In this document: piece by piece, positions 26,601 through 38,200 of the stretch
Layout of the letters: each line of letters opens with the position of its first letter
Position numbering within the stretch: the first letter of the stretch is position 1
Assembly (NCBI GenBank): GCA_001643675.2
Contig: LSRY02000024.1
Location: forward strand, 992,001-1,056,000
Direction: 5' to 3'
Length of the DNA stretch: 64,000 nucleotides
Source of the DNA: Monocercomonoides exilis PA203
Taxonomy: Eukaryota; Protista; Preaxostyla
The notes under the pieces: generated by a model
What the model saw: the letters and a program-made list of their open reading frames with translations, nothing else
Told to the model about the DNA's origin: nothing
Database searches by the model: none
Program-made: the position numbers and the translations under genes

Positions 26601-29600
26601 ATAAATGGCACCTCCACACGCACAGCTGCCCATCGATGATGATGACGACGATGAAGAAGAATGATGAAAGCGAGTTGATGACTCGAAAGAACCAGAAGAT
26701 GCCATTAAATATGATGATGCTTCTTCAGCTTCTTCTTCATTCAAAGACGAACAGTTGGCAATGTTGACAGACTCCAGAGTCAGAGAAGGAGGTGATGATG
26801 AAGATAAATCAGAATCAGAAGAAGAAAAAGAAGAAGAAGAAGAAGACAATTTCCAAGTGCTAACTGAACTTGCATCATCTCCCCTGAGCATCTCAATAAC
26901 CGATCCATTTCCTTCCTTCCGAATGGCATTTGACACATTCACTTGCTTCATTTCAACAATAGAGCTGTGCCAAAACTGAATGACAGCGCCGTTCTGAAAG
27001 AGGAAGTTGTGAGCAGACGAGTTCACAATGTGCACTGCCCCGCCTTCCACCAGAAATAGACTGTACTTCATTTCCCTGTCAAACGTCTTCTGGATGGCGC
27101 TGGAGTGGAAGAGGAGAGAGGCAGACGAAGTGACAAGGAAGATGGCCTTGTGTGTTGCTCCCATTTCAGCGTCAGAGAGGTTGAAAACAAGCGAGCGGAT
27201 GGTCGTGGGAAGAGACAGCTGCAGCATGGCGCGGTTGATTGAAGCACTGTTGTGCTGGCTAGAAGAGGAAAATGAGGAGATGACTGTGTTTGATGATGAT
27301 GATGATGATTGCTTTTCACATCTCTCTTTTGATGTATTGGAATGAGTGTTTTGATTAGCAAGAGCTGTCCGAGTCAAATAAACAGGAAACACATTTTCCT
27401 GATTGTCAACTGAATCTGCAATGATCAGCAGCTCTTTTCCTTCGCCTTCGTTAAACGCATTTCTTTGATGCAATTTCTCAGATCTTTTAACTTCATCCAC
27501 GAATTCTTTATTTCTTCTTGCATCATTGTTCAATTTCTTTTCATTCTCTTTATTTTTCTTTGAATTCTTTGCTCTTATTGCTCCCCATCCCTCTTCATCC
27601 CACACTTCTTCCGTGTTGAAATGAAACCCTGCTTTCAGTCGTACTTCAACCGAGTTGCGAGTTCCAACACGCTTATTTAGTGAGCCCTGAATTGTCCGAC
27701 ACGGATAATCCGCATCTCCGCACATGTAAAAATCCCCTCCTTCTCTCGAAATGTAGTTTGTGCTCACATCTGCGCTTGTGTTGCGGAGAAATACGATTAA
27801 TGGCCTTATCTGTTCGGTTGATGTGTCCAGATCCAATCCCATCATGTTGTTGAAGGTGTCTGTGTCTGAATCAATTATGTTGATTATGTTTGGTCTATCT
27901 TCATTAAACAAGTGCTGAATATTCATTTGTTTCGATCTGGAAATGAAGTTATTATTGTTTGAAGAAGAAGAAGAAGCATCTGAACTGGATATCAGTGTCT
28001 CATATAAGTTCTCAGCAGACAAAAACAGAAATGCGCCTTCTTTTGCAGCACACTCAGAAAAGGAGACAAAATCCAGTGAAAAATAAGATAAAGAGCTGAT
28101 ATATTCAATGCAAAGTGCACCTCCTCTGCCCGATGAGTATACCCCTTCTTCAGTCTGTTGCCCACACGAGCAGCCAGAGAATGAGGGGGTGGGTGAAGAT
28201 GATGATGAGGATGAAGATGAAGGAGTAATGAATGAATTATTCTTTACAACAAACTTCGCATTGTTTGTAAGCACAACATGGCCAAATCCTCCGTTCATCA
28301 ATGAAACGCATTTTTCAACTGAACAGTTCAAAAACTCGATTTGCTCGTCGCCTTTCATCGTTTGCGAGACAACTGTTCCGTTTTTATTCTTCTGAGAGAT
28401 ATTTGCAAATGTTGAGCTGACGAACTGAACTGCCGAGTTTTGCTGAGAAATGACAGAAATTTGAGAGAGAATGAGATTAGTGATGGAAGAAGCATTCACA
28501 ACAAGAGTCCCTGCAGACAGCTCAAACAGAGGTGATGTGACAGCTACATTGGATGCTTTGAGGATATTTGAAGAAGAAGAAGAAGAAGAGCGAAATCCAA
28601 GTGCATGTTTTGATTCGTTTTCTTCGGCACCAGCAATAATCACATTTGTAAGTTCCACTTTGCCTTGTGAAAGACTCACACGAAATAGAATAGGCGTGAG
28701 TGTCTTTAGCGAATTATGTCTAATTGCTATGTGAGACACAGACAAAGTGCCAGAAGACACAGAAAACAAAGCACCAGCAAATGGCAAGCTTTTTGTCTCG
28801 ATGACAGCTTTGTTGTCAAAAGGCGTTTCTCCTTCCTCTTCTTTGCTAACTCCTTCCACCACAACATATCTCGATCCAACTGACAGCGTTGTTGCAGGCT
28901 CAAAAGACGAAGGAAACAGTGCAAACATCCCATCAGTCATCGAGCCGAGTAAACTGAAGGCATATTCCAGTGTCAAGCATGGCGTCTCTTCCGCACTCAA
29001 TCCACAGCCTTCTTCGTTGCTTCCATTTGTCGAGCAGACGTGTCTAATAGAAAAAGGTATCCAGCTGTCAAATGAAGTTGCATCTCCTTTGAAGCACACT
29101 CGGTTGCTCTGTGTGTTCGACAAAGAAGACTGAAAAGGTGTTGACTCCAAAAATTCGTTCTCAATGAAGATGTCATTTCCCTTTCCAGAGACAGCCCTGT
29201 TGCTGTTGAAAATGCAGAAGCGAAAGAAAGGCGACGAGCTGACCATCCACAGCTGGCTCAAAAGATAAATCGCTCCACCGCCCATGTTCTCATTTGCAGA
29301 CGAAGCAATGTTTCTTTCGAATCTGCAGTCTGTCATGCAAAAGAGATGTGATTGTCGTTGTAAACAAAGAGCACCTGAAGAAGTATTTGCCGTGTTCTCG
29401 ATAAATTGGCACTGATTAATTGCTTCTATTTGAACAGAAGAAGAAGAAGAAGCATCTTCGTTGGGAGACTGAATGTGCAGAGCACCACATAATCCAGATC
29501 TTGCAACATTCATATAAAACTTGCATCCATCAATTTCAAACCCTTCAGTATTTCCGTTAATTCCGACAGCTCCAGTAAAATTTGCCTCGCACCCGATGAA

Positions 29601-30752
29601 AGTTGAGTTTGTTATTTGTGTCTTTAATATTTTGTTTGTATACACTGCACCACATTGTCCTCTGCTGTCAACGATGCATTGCTCAAAAAGGCATCTTGTA
29701 ATTGAAATGCTTGCTTGCTCAAGTGACGAAATGTAGATAGCTCCTCCATTTGATGCGGTTGATTGATGCCATTCGCATTCAACAAAACGATGCGTCTCTG
29801 GTGTCAAAAGGTATTGTTGTTGCATTGTTTTGTTGCTTGATATATCGACATTTGGTAAGATGCTTTTGTATGGATTGTGCTTTTGACTATCTTTCAGAGG
29901 GTTTTGATGATTTGAAGAAGATTTCGGCAGGTTGGGGCAAAAAGAAAATGAAGTATTAAATGAAAAGATTGAATGAAATGCTGAATTGATTGAAGGCACA
30001 ATTGCCCCGTTAAGTGCGTCACTGACAGAAGTGAATGAACAGCATTGAAATGAAGATTTTTGAGGGAAATGTAAATTGTTCTTCTTTGAAAATGATGTTG
30101 TTGAAGAAATGTTGGAAAACTGTAAATTGTGAAAAGTCATATATGAAATAGAATGAGAAAAAAACAATGGCCCTTCGATAAGATTAATTGAAGAAAATTG
30201 CGAAGATGAAAAATAAACGGAACCAGAAGAGCTCCATGACTTTAATCTTTTATCATCCGAAATAAATGGCAAAGAAATAGGAGAGTTCATTCTCTGTACA
30301 GTAGAGATATTTTGAAAAGTAGCTTTACCAGATAAGGAATTGAAAAACGATCCATTGTGAATTGGCATCAGTAAACAATTTGAAATTGTTAAAGAAGAAT
30401 TAGAATCTACGTCAACAAGATTCATGAAATTACTTTGCTGTATGTTTAACGAAAATATACTCAGAGATGCATTAGTCAATTGGAAAGAAGCTGAAAGAAA
30501 GTAATTTTTATTTTTCGAATGAAGCAATCGATTCAAATTCCTTTGACTCTCCGCATTTGAAATTGTAAATATTCTGTTTTCGTGTGCATGAGTTATGTGT
30601 TCGCCATACTGCACATTTCGATAAGAACAATCAATATTCGTCTTCTCAACAAGTTGCTTTGATTGATTTGTTATTTGTGGCAATACTTGCGGAAACAATT
30701 GCAAAATAACATATAAGAATAAATGAAGTGAAGTGAATCTCGATATTCTCAT
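20604..30752 (-). CDS. Giant single-pass beta-helix surface protein (3382 aa) with poly-Ser inserts and an acidic/basic low-complexity cytoplasmic tail; may extend beyond its TAG
   Basis: N-terminal hydrophobic signal; GGAIY/GGALC repeats; several CGxxxxPC caps; TM LLIALIVVSSVFVVFVVVVVVVWVVC. The frame remains open for 74 codons after the TAG at 20606-20604. Confidence 0.88.
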   Translation of the reverse strand: MRISRFTSLHLFLYVILQLFPQVLPQITNQSKQLVEKTNIDCSYRNVQYGEHITHAHENRIFTISNAESQRNLNRLLHSKNKNYFLSASFQLTNASLSIFSLNIQQSNFMNLVDVDSNSSLTISNCLLMPIHNGSFFNSLSGKATFQNISTVQRMNSPISLPFISDDKRLKSWSSSGSVYFSSSQFSSINLIEGPLFFSHSISYMTFHNLQFSNISSTTSFSKKNNLHFPQKSSFQCCSFTSVSDALNGAIVPSINSAFHSIFSFNTSFSFCPNLPKSSSNHQNPLKDSQKHNPYKSILPNVDISSNKTMQQQYLLTPETHRFVECEWHQSTASNGGAIYISSLEQASISITRCLFEQCIVDSRGQCGAVYTNKILKTQITNSTFIGCEANFTGAVGINGNTEGFEIDGCKFYMNVARSGLCGALHIQSPNEDASSSSSVQIEAINQCQFIENTANTSSGALCLQRQSHLFCMTDCRFERNIASSANENMGGGAIYLLSQLWMVSSSPFFRFCIFNSNRAVSGKGNDIFIENEFLESTPFQSSLSNTQSNRVCFKGDATSFDSWIPFSIRHVCSTNGSNEEGCGLSAEETPCLTLEYAFSLLGSMTDGMFALFPSSFEPATTLSVGSRYVVVEGVSKEEEGETPFDNKAVIETKSLPFAGALFSVSSGTLSVSHIAIRHNSLKTLTPILFRVSLSQGKVELTNVIIAGAEENESKHALGFRSSSSSSSNILKASNVAVTSPLFELSAGTLVVNASSITNLILSQISVISQQNSAVQFVSSTFANISQKNKNGTVVSQTMKGDEQIEFLNCSVEKCVSLMNGGFGHVVLTNNAKFVVKNNSFITPSSSSSSSSSPTPSFSGCSCGQQTEEGVYSSGRGGALCIEYISSLSYFSLDFVSFSECAAKEGAFLFLSAENLYETLISSSDASSSSSNNNNFISRSKQMNIQHLFNEDRPNIINIIDSDTDTFNNMMGLDLDTSTEQIRPLIVFLRNTSADVSTNYISREGGDFYMCGDADYPCRTIQGSLNKRVGTRNSVEVRLKAGFHFNTEEVWDEEGWGAIRAKNSKKNKENEKKLNNDARRNKEFVDEVKRSEKLHQRNAFNEGEGKELLIIADSVDNQENVFPVYLTRTALANQNTHSNTSKERCEKQSSSSSSNTVISSFSSSSQHNSASINRAMLQLSLPTTIRSLVFNLSDAEMGATHKAIFLVTSSASLLFHSSAIQKTFDREMKYSLFLVEGGAVHIVNSSAHNFLFQNGAVIQFWHSSIVEMKQVNVSNAIRKEGNGSVIEMLRGDDASSVSTWKLSSSSSSFSSSDSDLSSSSPPSLTLESVNIANCSSLNEEEAEEASSYLMASSGSFESSTRFHHSSSSSSSSSMGSCACGGAIYVLIPEPSSLSSAVSLQFSLSVNQTSFTMCTASETESHQSFGGAVCIIQQTEEPISQNRNGNSDYLKSSSRSSSHSSNNRFSSSSRPFSDSFASELLSSFLHFSSSASFSSNTATFGTNLFIVSTNMSDVIPDSSVLNFINPNLDISSFKLNDYAGFDNSYANDTLISLLYFHMHLQNEVRVGGKNTSYDSKGCGFEQMPCKSLAYALTRFSSSSSSSSSSSSSNSVSSQSSMHSSFEAAADINTRTIGVYGECEQYGYCLIQSSSSSSSSSSSSSILHHHRHNDEELFDFKVVSREIKRLDGSILNFSSLLIYPEYTPSSSFTSSSSFSSPSLSDFLIDIRSSALFQGIYISLNSSIQPFSVLFGVSPQTLVKMTDCGVFVMDYCNLVEFTCFCVLPSAQLELDKFDVDAMHFNNGHYFIYANGNPTTDSTSLSSSSFSNTTASTTASSSSSSSYLTYSSPSATNALDTSVTLSRMTIFIISTLSSDGFIHCKDLSSFSLTHSSIETYSSPSSSFLHLSNCLSSSLSHLLMHFVVQNGANGSCVFASLLPSADSGKNTLLVSDCQILQCYATSADAKGGALHVLLSSASVFSVVDCYFSRCASGTDGSGYGGAIYLWVEGTEKEAEYSLKNVVMDENTAAKGCDFCLNASKIEEVNKSKFDVKFASSNSTIAYYGIDRSDSSLTNLSLTDRFVFKSSTVVLSEGEGDESAWCGDRNTPCASFDAIWLNEDNSNSISRIVVSEATAAKSQRALNDVVIESADDKLAAIKIDTSVLSLSNSISSHPNEVRGFFALSETKSNFTVKSILFALPSQIGPSSFISSNGRNLTLSNVSFTHISDYLSSSSSASASLLNGHVANIPFFDFSLVTIYSGSALFSTLELSQLSFQNSPFFLCSSPVVVSHSNFNRIKTNSNGLFRINLTSASSSSIFQMEYTNISDVSVDTPTHSSILMAESPNIPFEFVNCRFIETSAASSDSSSSSSSSSSLEIQKNSQQYEGQMFSFANTPSVLFEDCVFEGPRTSPQANKLNVPTSSSPSSSSILSASPQQFCLWSGSALYLKDSTSSFLSCQLRNFAGCAITITSGRATISDCLFESNVDDALISGSFYASSSSLTSCSSNSLSLSSSSSSSDLFPSFRQNLRCTDNGKLTINSVRNHLGDASDEGLWFSIDGCEISGKRGEKGNLFFVPSIVRIDVFDGEKRIISTEVDGEAEEEKEDSSRNGLNNEKETKSEETDRNLSEHINSLLRPSLSFSLEPKKSLKKVQNEDEAQYKIVFCGSNLIPCNISFDVLSVKHSTESDESNYVITNTTEFKFSSIQNESMAYSFIPAALLNNAADEEEIAVRINYWTGASYPTMAFEALVNADKQIQNGIYKQSHPSYSSSSADSQPVVHHLSLIVIKPASAPISAADRSQQEKTLLIALIVVSSVFVVFVVVVVVVWVVCRYKQKKQKKSGMAYEQDDDEDLEGELIRRDGSAGDDDSEYEYEYELDNGEGRIGDEDRLTVVSAYDTTALEDSANNPLEHDHARDSQSSQAQLLPRRTERDGTPSTSPSPLNIASSSNEDNLHKKKKKVKKRKITKGNGRRLKSVEMVDAETYVHLNEFGEEVDEIVEEEEDDDEDEDDESDTDDDSSESESEEEDEEEEEEEGIEGRTTNKHKNKRNRKKKDKKGSNSKEKDESQKKQRKKLKLTSEAREKLLVLVAEMVSQKLRYEKQMKKRRIEEEGVIFDDVEEGDANGNNIIGIVGINEIDELLDDAQYEAQSANPSGMPLNTNTYFTAPSAEQMRLMEEPPRAASSSASSRQSLSSSTPERIYPTGQQQFNRSPSSMSSASSASSASSASSASSSSKLSASATSQYFPLTSPLSSYSYTPTASSRPPSMRSTSSPFVSTTFSVYTPTSSSSLSSSQSFATNPLKRASDPNEMLSTLVGIDDLETVLNSMPENDENEDGTSTSGAQDNSNTSFASSSLRSQNAARTGNGAAGRQERTEKMETTDEEAEQLLRL
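21082..21130. repeat. Coding 9-bp tandem repeat (GAAGAGGCA)x~5, encoding (SAS)n
   Basis: gaagaggca repeated directly in the sequence; it translates as SSASSASSASSASSASS in the 3382-aa ORF. Confidence 0.85.
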
Positions 30753-30888
30753 GGCAACTCCAGAGAAAAATGTTCTTTAAATTCTCAACTTTTTCAAATT
30801 AAATATATAATGGACAATTCCCTTTACAATATTTGTTTAATAATTGAAGAATAAATAAATAAATTGTTTTTCTCTTCAAACCGTTGTT
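30753..30888. promoter_or_regulatory. Probable bidirectional promoter (136-bp head-to-head spacer)
   Basis: The ATG of the 3382-aa gene (-, 30752) and the ATG of the DHHC gene (+, 30889) diverge across only 136 AT-rich bp. Confidence 0.55.
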
Positions 30889-33800
30889 ATGAACCTGATA
30901 CCAACGGCCCATCCATTTCAACATACAAGAAGGTTTGTTCAGAAATTCAGAGAACTGGATGAAAAAACAAAATTCGAACAGCAACTTGATGTTGTTCGTT
31001 GTGCGAAAGTTGGAAATCACTATCTTCTTGAACATCTTCTGTCAAAGGGCCACTCCATTGAAACCGTAGATCAAAATGGATTAACAGCTTTGCATTGGGC
31101 AGTTCATTCTGATAATGCAGCAACAGTCAGTTTTTTGATAAATAGAGGAGCAAACCCAAATGCCTTCGCTCCAGCATCTTATGATACACCTGTAACGCTT
31201 GCAATTAAAAGAAACAATGTGCAAATTCTTCATTTTCTTTTGGAACATGGGGGCTCGTTGGAATGTCGTGATTCAAATGGAAATACTCCATTGATGAATG
31301 CAGCTGCGTACGCTGCACCATTAACTTGTGAATATTTGGTTTGATTTATGAGAGTTAGCATGTTATATTATTGTTTTTCTTTATGACTTTTCTTAAAGAT
31401 CCACAGGGGAGCTAAGCTGACATATGATCATCACCATCAAACTGCATTTCATTGGGCTGCATGTGGAGGAAGTGCGACTGTCATGGCTCTTTTGGTGAAG
31501 GCATTTCCAAATCATGTAAATGATAAAAATGATAAGGGGATGACGCCGCTGCATTATGCAATTTCCTGGAACAAGCCTCTTTGTGCTCGTGTTCTTCTTG
31601 AGAATGGTGCTGATACAGAAGCGCGGAACATCCTCGGGGAAACTCCATTTGAATGCGGACTGCGAAAAGCTAATGGAAAGATTTCACTGAAGGCGATGCT
31701 CAAAGAAGCTGATAAAGATAAACTTGGGCAGCACTCATCTTCTTCTAATGATTCTCCATCCACATCTCGTCCGTATTCATCATATCCAAAAAAGCTGAAG
31801 CGAACGCAAACTTTGAAGCTGATTGAAAATGGAGGCATTTACAAATTCCGCGGATATCGACGACATCCATTCAAAGGGGCATCGCTTGTGTTTCCTATTC
31901 TGTGTGCTTTGTCTGCGCTTATTCTGCTTTGTACTGTGTTGCCTGCTCTGAAGGGAACGGGAGAAATAAAATCAGATGCAGAAGATAAAAAGATAGAGAA
32001 AGCTGGAAAGATGATTGCTGGATTTGAGGAAAATCGTGAAGCAAAGGATGTTACGATTAAACATACTGAAGAACAGAATAGTATTTTGAGGAATCGCAAG
32101 AAAGAAAGACGAAAAGAAGAAAAGCCTGAAATTAATATCATTTCAGATTCCACAATCACTCAACGTAATTTCACTTCATCTGCTTCCCTTAATTTGATTG
32201 GCCAATCGCATTCACATTCATTGCATCCATCAACAGATTCTGCTTCACCTAAAACATCTCATCAAGCTCCGTCTTTGTTTATTTTCTTCTCCACGTTTTT
32301 CTTCGGCTTTTCTGGTTTTTCGCTGTGGATTTTGCTTAGTCTATCAAATCCAGGTGTGCTGCCTCGTTCAAAAAAGGAAACTTTTGGAAACTTTTTGGAT
32401 TGGCGGTGCGAAACAAAATGTGGATCAAGATTGACTGTTGATGCTACAAGTACTCATAATGATGAAACAGACACTTCATTTCAAAATCACTTAACTTCTT
32501 CTTCTTCTTCTTCCACTTCCTCTTCTTCTTCTATTTCATTTCGCAACACTTCAGATCAACTCCTTTCTTTCAGAATAACTGTAATCGTTATTAAAACCTT
32601 CCTTGCCTTCTTTTCTCTTCTTCAGCGCCTCTTTGCTTTTATTATTCCTTCTTGTGTAATTGCATACTTGCATTCATTCACGCAATTCCTGAAAAAGCTC
32701 TTTCGACCTTTCACATGTCACGTTCATTTACTGCCACTTCGCTATGCCTTCGGAGAAACTGACACTTTTCCCACTTTTTCTGACGCGGAGAAATGGGAGC
32801 ACGGAGAAAAATGGATTCCATTCAACAAAATTGCAAGCCCTGGGCCTTTTGCAGCAAATATCAAAAAGAAAATGAAAGATAGAAAATCGAATGGAAGCAA
32901 AGGAAAAGAAAATGAAATGAAAGACGAAGAGGCAGTTATGAAAAGGATATGTGATAACGAGGGAAATGAAGATTGTTCCACATTGCCGACTTCAACTCCT
33001 TTGAAAACCCCATCTCATTTTCTGATAAATGAGTGCGATAATCAGAGAGATTATTTCAACAAAGTATGATTTTGTGTTGGTTGTATATAATTCTATTCAA
33101 AATACACATTTTTTTTTCCAAAAAAAAAATATGAATCTTCCATGTTTTTATTGTTTATGAGATATTAATGTCATTTTTCAATGTTCATATTTTTTATTTT
33201 TGTATTTTTTTAATCATCTGTTATTTGCGTTCATCTTTGCCTCATCTTTTCTTTCATAAATCCTATTATCAACATTAAACAGCATCTGATGAATGGATCT
33301 TCTCTATCTCTTTGCCCCACATGCCGCATTCCTCGCCCTCTTCGCTCAAAGCACTGCTCCATCTGCGGCTTTTGCATCGCCAAAATGGACCATCACTGCG
33401 GCTGGATCAACAACTGCGTGGGCGCTGGGAATTATGTTCTGTTTATGTTCTTCTGCATTGTGATGTGGATGGCTGTGACGCTTTTTCTGGTGGCTGTGGT
33501 GCAGGCAATGAAGTTTGAGAGTGGAACAGAGAGATGGACATTCAAGGGAGTGTTTAGCGTTCTGAAGCACTTTGTTGTGAAGCATCCGTTTGCGTTTGTG
33601 GATGAGCTTGTGGATGGGTTCTTGTTTCTGTTTCTGCTGAATCTGATCTTTTCTCATGTTCATCAGGTTGCACAGAACACAACCACAAACGAGGGAATAA
33701 ACATAAACAGATACACTCATTTTTATGTTGACACGGGAGTGCTGATAAATCCGTTTTCGAGGAGAAGCGAAGATATCGATGACGAAATTGAGGATGAACA

Positions 33801-34995
33801 TGAGGTGGAAGAGGAGGCAGAAGATGGCTGCAATGAAATGATATTTAACAAAAATGATGGAATGCAATTAATGGAATCAGGAAACAAGGAAAATGATAAC
33901 AAAGACTTCAACACTGTTAAAACTTCATCGTCGTCGTCATCATCATCTTCTTCTTCTTCAACTTCTGATCTTTTATCAGATTCTTCCCATCTATCAATAT
34001 ATCAGTCTTCGAATTCATCAGTAAATGCAACGACAATTCCTTCTTCATATGATTTTATTCCCCCTGAGCCTCATCCGCGCTTGCCATTCAGCCAAATTGT
34101 CCGTTCAGTGATTGATTCATCAGCTGTGTATTCAGATTTTATGAAAGCAATGAGACAAGAAGAAGAAGAAGAAGACAGCACAAGTTCTGCCTCTTCTTCT
34201 TCTTCGTCGTCTTTGTTGGCTTCAGATGCATCCTCATTGAGTTGTCGTTCGCATCGCTTTCACTACAGGAACAGTCCTGCATATGATGTGTATACAAAAA
34301 TTACCCTGCCAAATGAGAGCATCTGTGTTGATGCCTCTTCTCTTAACAGAACTTCTTCTGAGGCTTTGCTGTGGCTGCAGAGTCAAATGAATGATGAGGC
34401 TAAGAAGAGAAAAGCAAAAATTAGGAAAACGATGGGAAAAGTGTTTTGTTTTTGGAAGTCTTCGCACGATCATGTTGAAGACGATGCAAATGGTGGAGGA
34501 ATTGGACAAAACAGTGTAAGCTCAAGTTCAAGTTCTTCGTCGCTTGAATTGAAGATGAGTGAAGAAGGTTGTTTTAAAGAGATAAACGGCCAAAAGGGAA
34601 GGAAGATAAGAGTTATATTTCATCACAACGGAAGGCTGATGCCATATTGTCCAACCAAAAAGGGAAAAGTACTCATTGATGAGAGGGAAAATGAAAGGAA
34701 CAAAGAAAGAGCAGAAGAAGATGAGGACGAATTTGAAGAAGAAGAAGAAGAAGAAGAAGCAGAGCCAGCTTCTTCGAATGTCAGTGAGCATCACTCATTC
34801 ATTTCAACTGAAAATCGTTCATTTGAAGATATCGCTGAAGAATTTGAGTTTGATGACGACGAAATGGGCGAGGCTGTGCAAGGCGCATCTGTGAAGTCGG
34901 TCTTGAGATCGAATCCGTTGTCTTCCACTTCGCAAAGAAGACGCGGAATTATGAAGGTACTTTCTACACAAATGGATGCACCAGAAAGTATTTAA
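30889..34995 (+). CDS. AKR1: Ankyrin-repeat DHHC palmitoyltransferase (Akr1/ZDHHC17-type); 3 exons
   Basis: Ankyrin repeats ([34 protein letters not shown]), TM segments, and the [44 protein letters not shown] followed by NTTTNE. Introns 31339-31398 and 33064-33282 (GT..AG) restore the frame. Confidence 0.93.
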
Positions 34996-35243
34996 TAGAA
35001 ACTCCTTTTAATTTGAATAAACATTTTTTATGGAAAAAAATTTTATAAAAAATCAAATGAAAATTGTATGATAATACTATCCGCAAAATGTTTTCATATT
35101 TTTAAGCGTTTTAATAAAACATTGGAATATGATAACTTATTGCAGTCATTCAAAAGTGACCAGATTAACAAAAAAAATAAGAAAAAATAAAAAATAAAAA
35201 ATAAAAAATAATAAATAACAAAATTATAAAATAAATAAATAAA

Positions 35244-38200
35244 TAAATGTGGAGAAATTTTTATCTGAGAAAATATCAGAAAGTGTTGAGTGGAACAAAA
35301 CGCTTAATGTTAATATTTCTTCTAAATCTGAACAAAGGTTTCAATCAATTATATATAGGGTCGAAGATCAAACGATTGTGTTTTCATCTTTTTTTAATCA
35401 GCGACACATGGAAAAGCCATTGGCGTATCAACCGCCTGCAAAATTAGCAGAATTGGTGCAAAAGAATGAAGATGATTGCTCTGCGGAGTATCAGCGGCTG
35501 CAGTGGATAAAGCTGAGAAAAGGAATCAATGGGCTTGTGAACAAGGTTGGACGATGGTTGTTTGTTTGCGAAATTTATTCCTTTTAGGTTAATGCGTCGA
35601 ATGTGAGGGAAATTGTGAAAATGCTTTTTGAGCAAAATCTGATTCGTGGAAGAGGTTTGCAGATTGCTTTCAGCTCATTTGAAGGTGCTTTGAAAAATGA
35701 CAACTGCTTTTTTTTTTTTTTGTTTTATTTTTTGGGGTGAATAGGGGTGTTTTCGCGGAGCGTGGTGAAGGCGCAAGCAGCAGCGCCGATGTTCACGCGT
35801 GTTTATGCGGCTGTTGTGGCAGCGATAAACACTCGGCTTCCGGCTGTTGGCGAGCTGGTTCTTGTTCGCCTGGTTGGGAGGTTCAAAGGAGCATTGGAGC
35901 GAGGGGATAAACCGGTTTGTGAAGCGGCAGCGTTGTTTATTGCACACCTTTTTAACTATCTTGTTGCTTCTCCTGTTCTTGTGCTAGAAATAATCACGCT
36001 CCTTATTTCTCGTGCGACTGACAGCGCTGTCGAGATCGGCGCAAGCTTTATGAAAGAAGTGGGCAGTCTTCTCACCGAGATTGAGCCAGCAGCTGTCTCG
36101 AAAGTGTTCGACAGCTTTCGAGAGCTGTTGCAGGAAGGAGAGATGCCAGAGCGAGTGGAGTTTGTGATAGAAAGGCTGATGGCAGTCAGGAAGCGTGGAT
36201 TCAAAGAGCATCCTTCTGTTGCACCAGAACTGAACATTGTGAGCTCGGAAGACCAAATAACACACAATGACATTCTTTTGGATTCACCGAACTTGGATCC
36301 CCATTCAGAGTTGGGTTTGCTCGATTTTCTTTTTATTTTTCTTTTCTCTGAATATTTATTTTATTTCTTTTTTTAAAAAAAAAATGAACTTATTGCAATC
36401 GGCTGAATTTTGGCCTGATGATTGAATATGCTTGCCACTGCGATGCTGGGCCAATGATGCTGCCTTGCCAGACGTGTTTCGCTTTGAGCAGAATTATCAG
36501 CAGAACAATGCGAAATATGAGCAAATAAAGAGACGCATTCTGGAGGGTGCAGAATTTGAATCCGAAAGTGGGACGAGCGAGGACGAGTCAGACGGGGAAA
36601 GGGATGAAGAAGCAAAGGAGGAAGAAGAGAGAGGAAAGGGAAGCGGAGGAGGAAGAAGATCTGGAGGTGGTTCAAAGACAGAGAGGCACAGCGATTCGAA
36701 GCTGGCTGCAGAAGTTGGAAGTGCAGAAGAAGCGGAGCAGAAGAAAGTTGAATCCCGCAAGAAGCTTTATCTTCTTTTAACGTCATCTACCAGTGCAGAC
36801 GAGTGCACACACAACATCCTTTCACCTGGTGCGGCTGAAGGAATGGAGATGGAGGTGGCTCTGATGCTGATTGAATGCTGTGCGCAAGAAAGGGCATACA
36901 ACCCTCTTTTCCACACTATTGCGCAGAAGCTGTGTTTGTTGGATAGAGTGTACCAGGAAGCGTTGGATGAATGCTTTGTTGTGGAATATGGGAATGTGGA
37001 GACCGGGCAGCGAGGATTGATTGCGCGCGCAGACACAAAGAAGATCCAGAAGATTGGGATGTTCTTTGGGAACTTGCTGGCGCTGAATGCTCTTCCATGG
37101 GCTGTGCTGGAGTATGTGAAGCTGAGCGAGGCAGACACGACGCCTTGCAGGAGAATCTTCCTGAAGTACATGTTGCAGACGATGCAATCAGAAATGGGGC
37201 TGGAGAAACTGCAGAAGCGGCTGGATGACGAAACCATGGGGCAGTTTTTTGTGGGGCTGTTTCCGATGGAGAATCCACGATCTGCGCGGTTTGCGATTCG
37301 TTTCTTCGAGGCCATTGGGCTGCGCCCGCTGATCCACAAATTGGAGGAGCATGTTCAGGAGACAGCTCAGCGGATGATCAGCAGAAAGGGAAAAAGAGAA
37401 GGAGGAAAGGAGAGCGAAAGTGAATGCAGTGATGAGAGCAGTGATGAGAGCAGAAGCAGAAGCACAAGGAGTTCTGAGAGCAAATGCAGAGGCAAATGCA
37501 GAGGAAGAGGCAGAGGAAGAGGCAGAGGAAGAAGCAGAGAGAGAGGCAGAATCAGCAAAGGCAGAAGAAGAATCTCTGAAGACAACTCTGTTTCAGATTC
37601 AGAAGGAGAAGAGGTTGAGAGAAAGAAGATGAAAGGAATAACGATGAAAGGAATAACGATGCAGGAAAAGAAAAAACAGAGTGAAGGATTGAAGAAGTTT
37701 TTTGTTGAAAAAAGCACTGAAAGCATGGATGGAAGAAGTGGTGGGGAAAGTTGTGGAAAAAGTGAAAGTGAAAGTGGAAGTGAAAGCAGAAGGAGAAGAA
37801 TGAAAAGGAGAAGGAGAAGAAGCAGAAGCCTGAGAGAGAGTGAGAGTGAGAGCGATAGCAGAAGCAAAACAGAAAGCGGATGGAGTGATGGATACAGACA
37901 GAAGAGGAAGAGGGAGAGGAAGAGAAAGAGGATGGCTTCGAGAAAAGAGAGGGAAAGAAGGAGCAGAAGCAGAGAAGACAGGAGCGAATGTGAAAGAGAG
38001 AGTCAAAAGAGAAGATTAATTTGGAGATGGAATGACGAGAAGGAAGAGGAAGAGGATGAGAGAGGAAGAGGAAAAGAAGGAAAAAAGCAAGAGGAAAGAG
38101 ATTATGACCGAGGGAACAAAGCAGAAAAGGAAAGGAAAAAAGAATTGGAGAAGAGCAGCTCTAAAATGGGGAATGAGAGAAAAGATTGAGCAGGGGAAAG

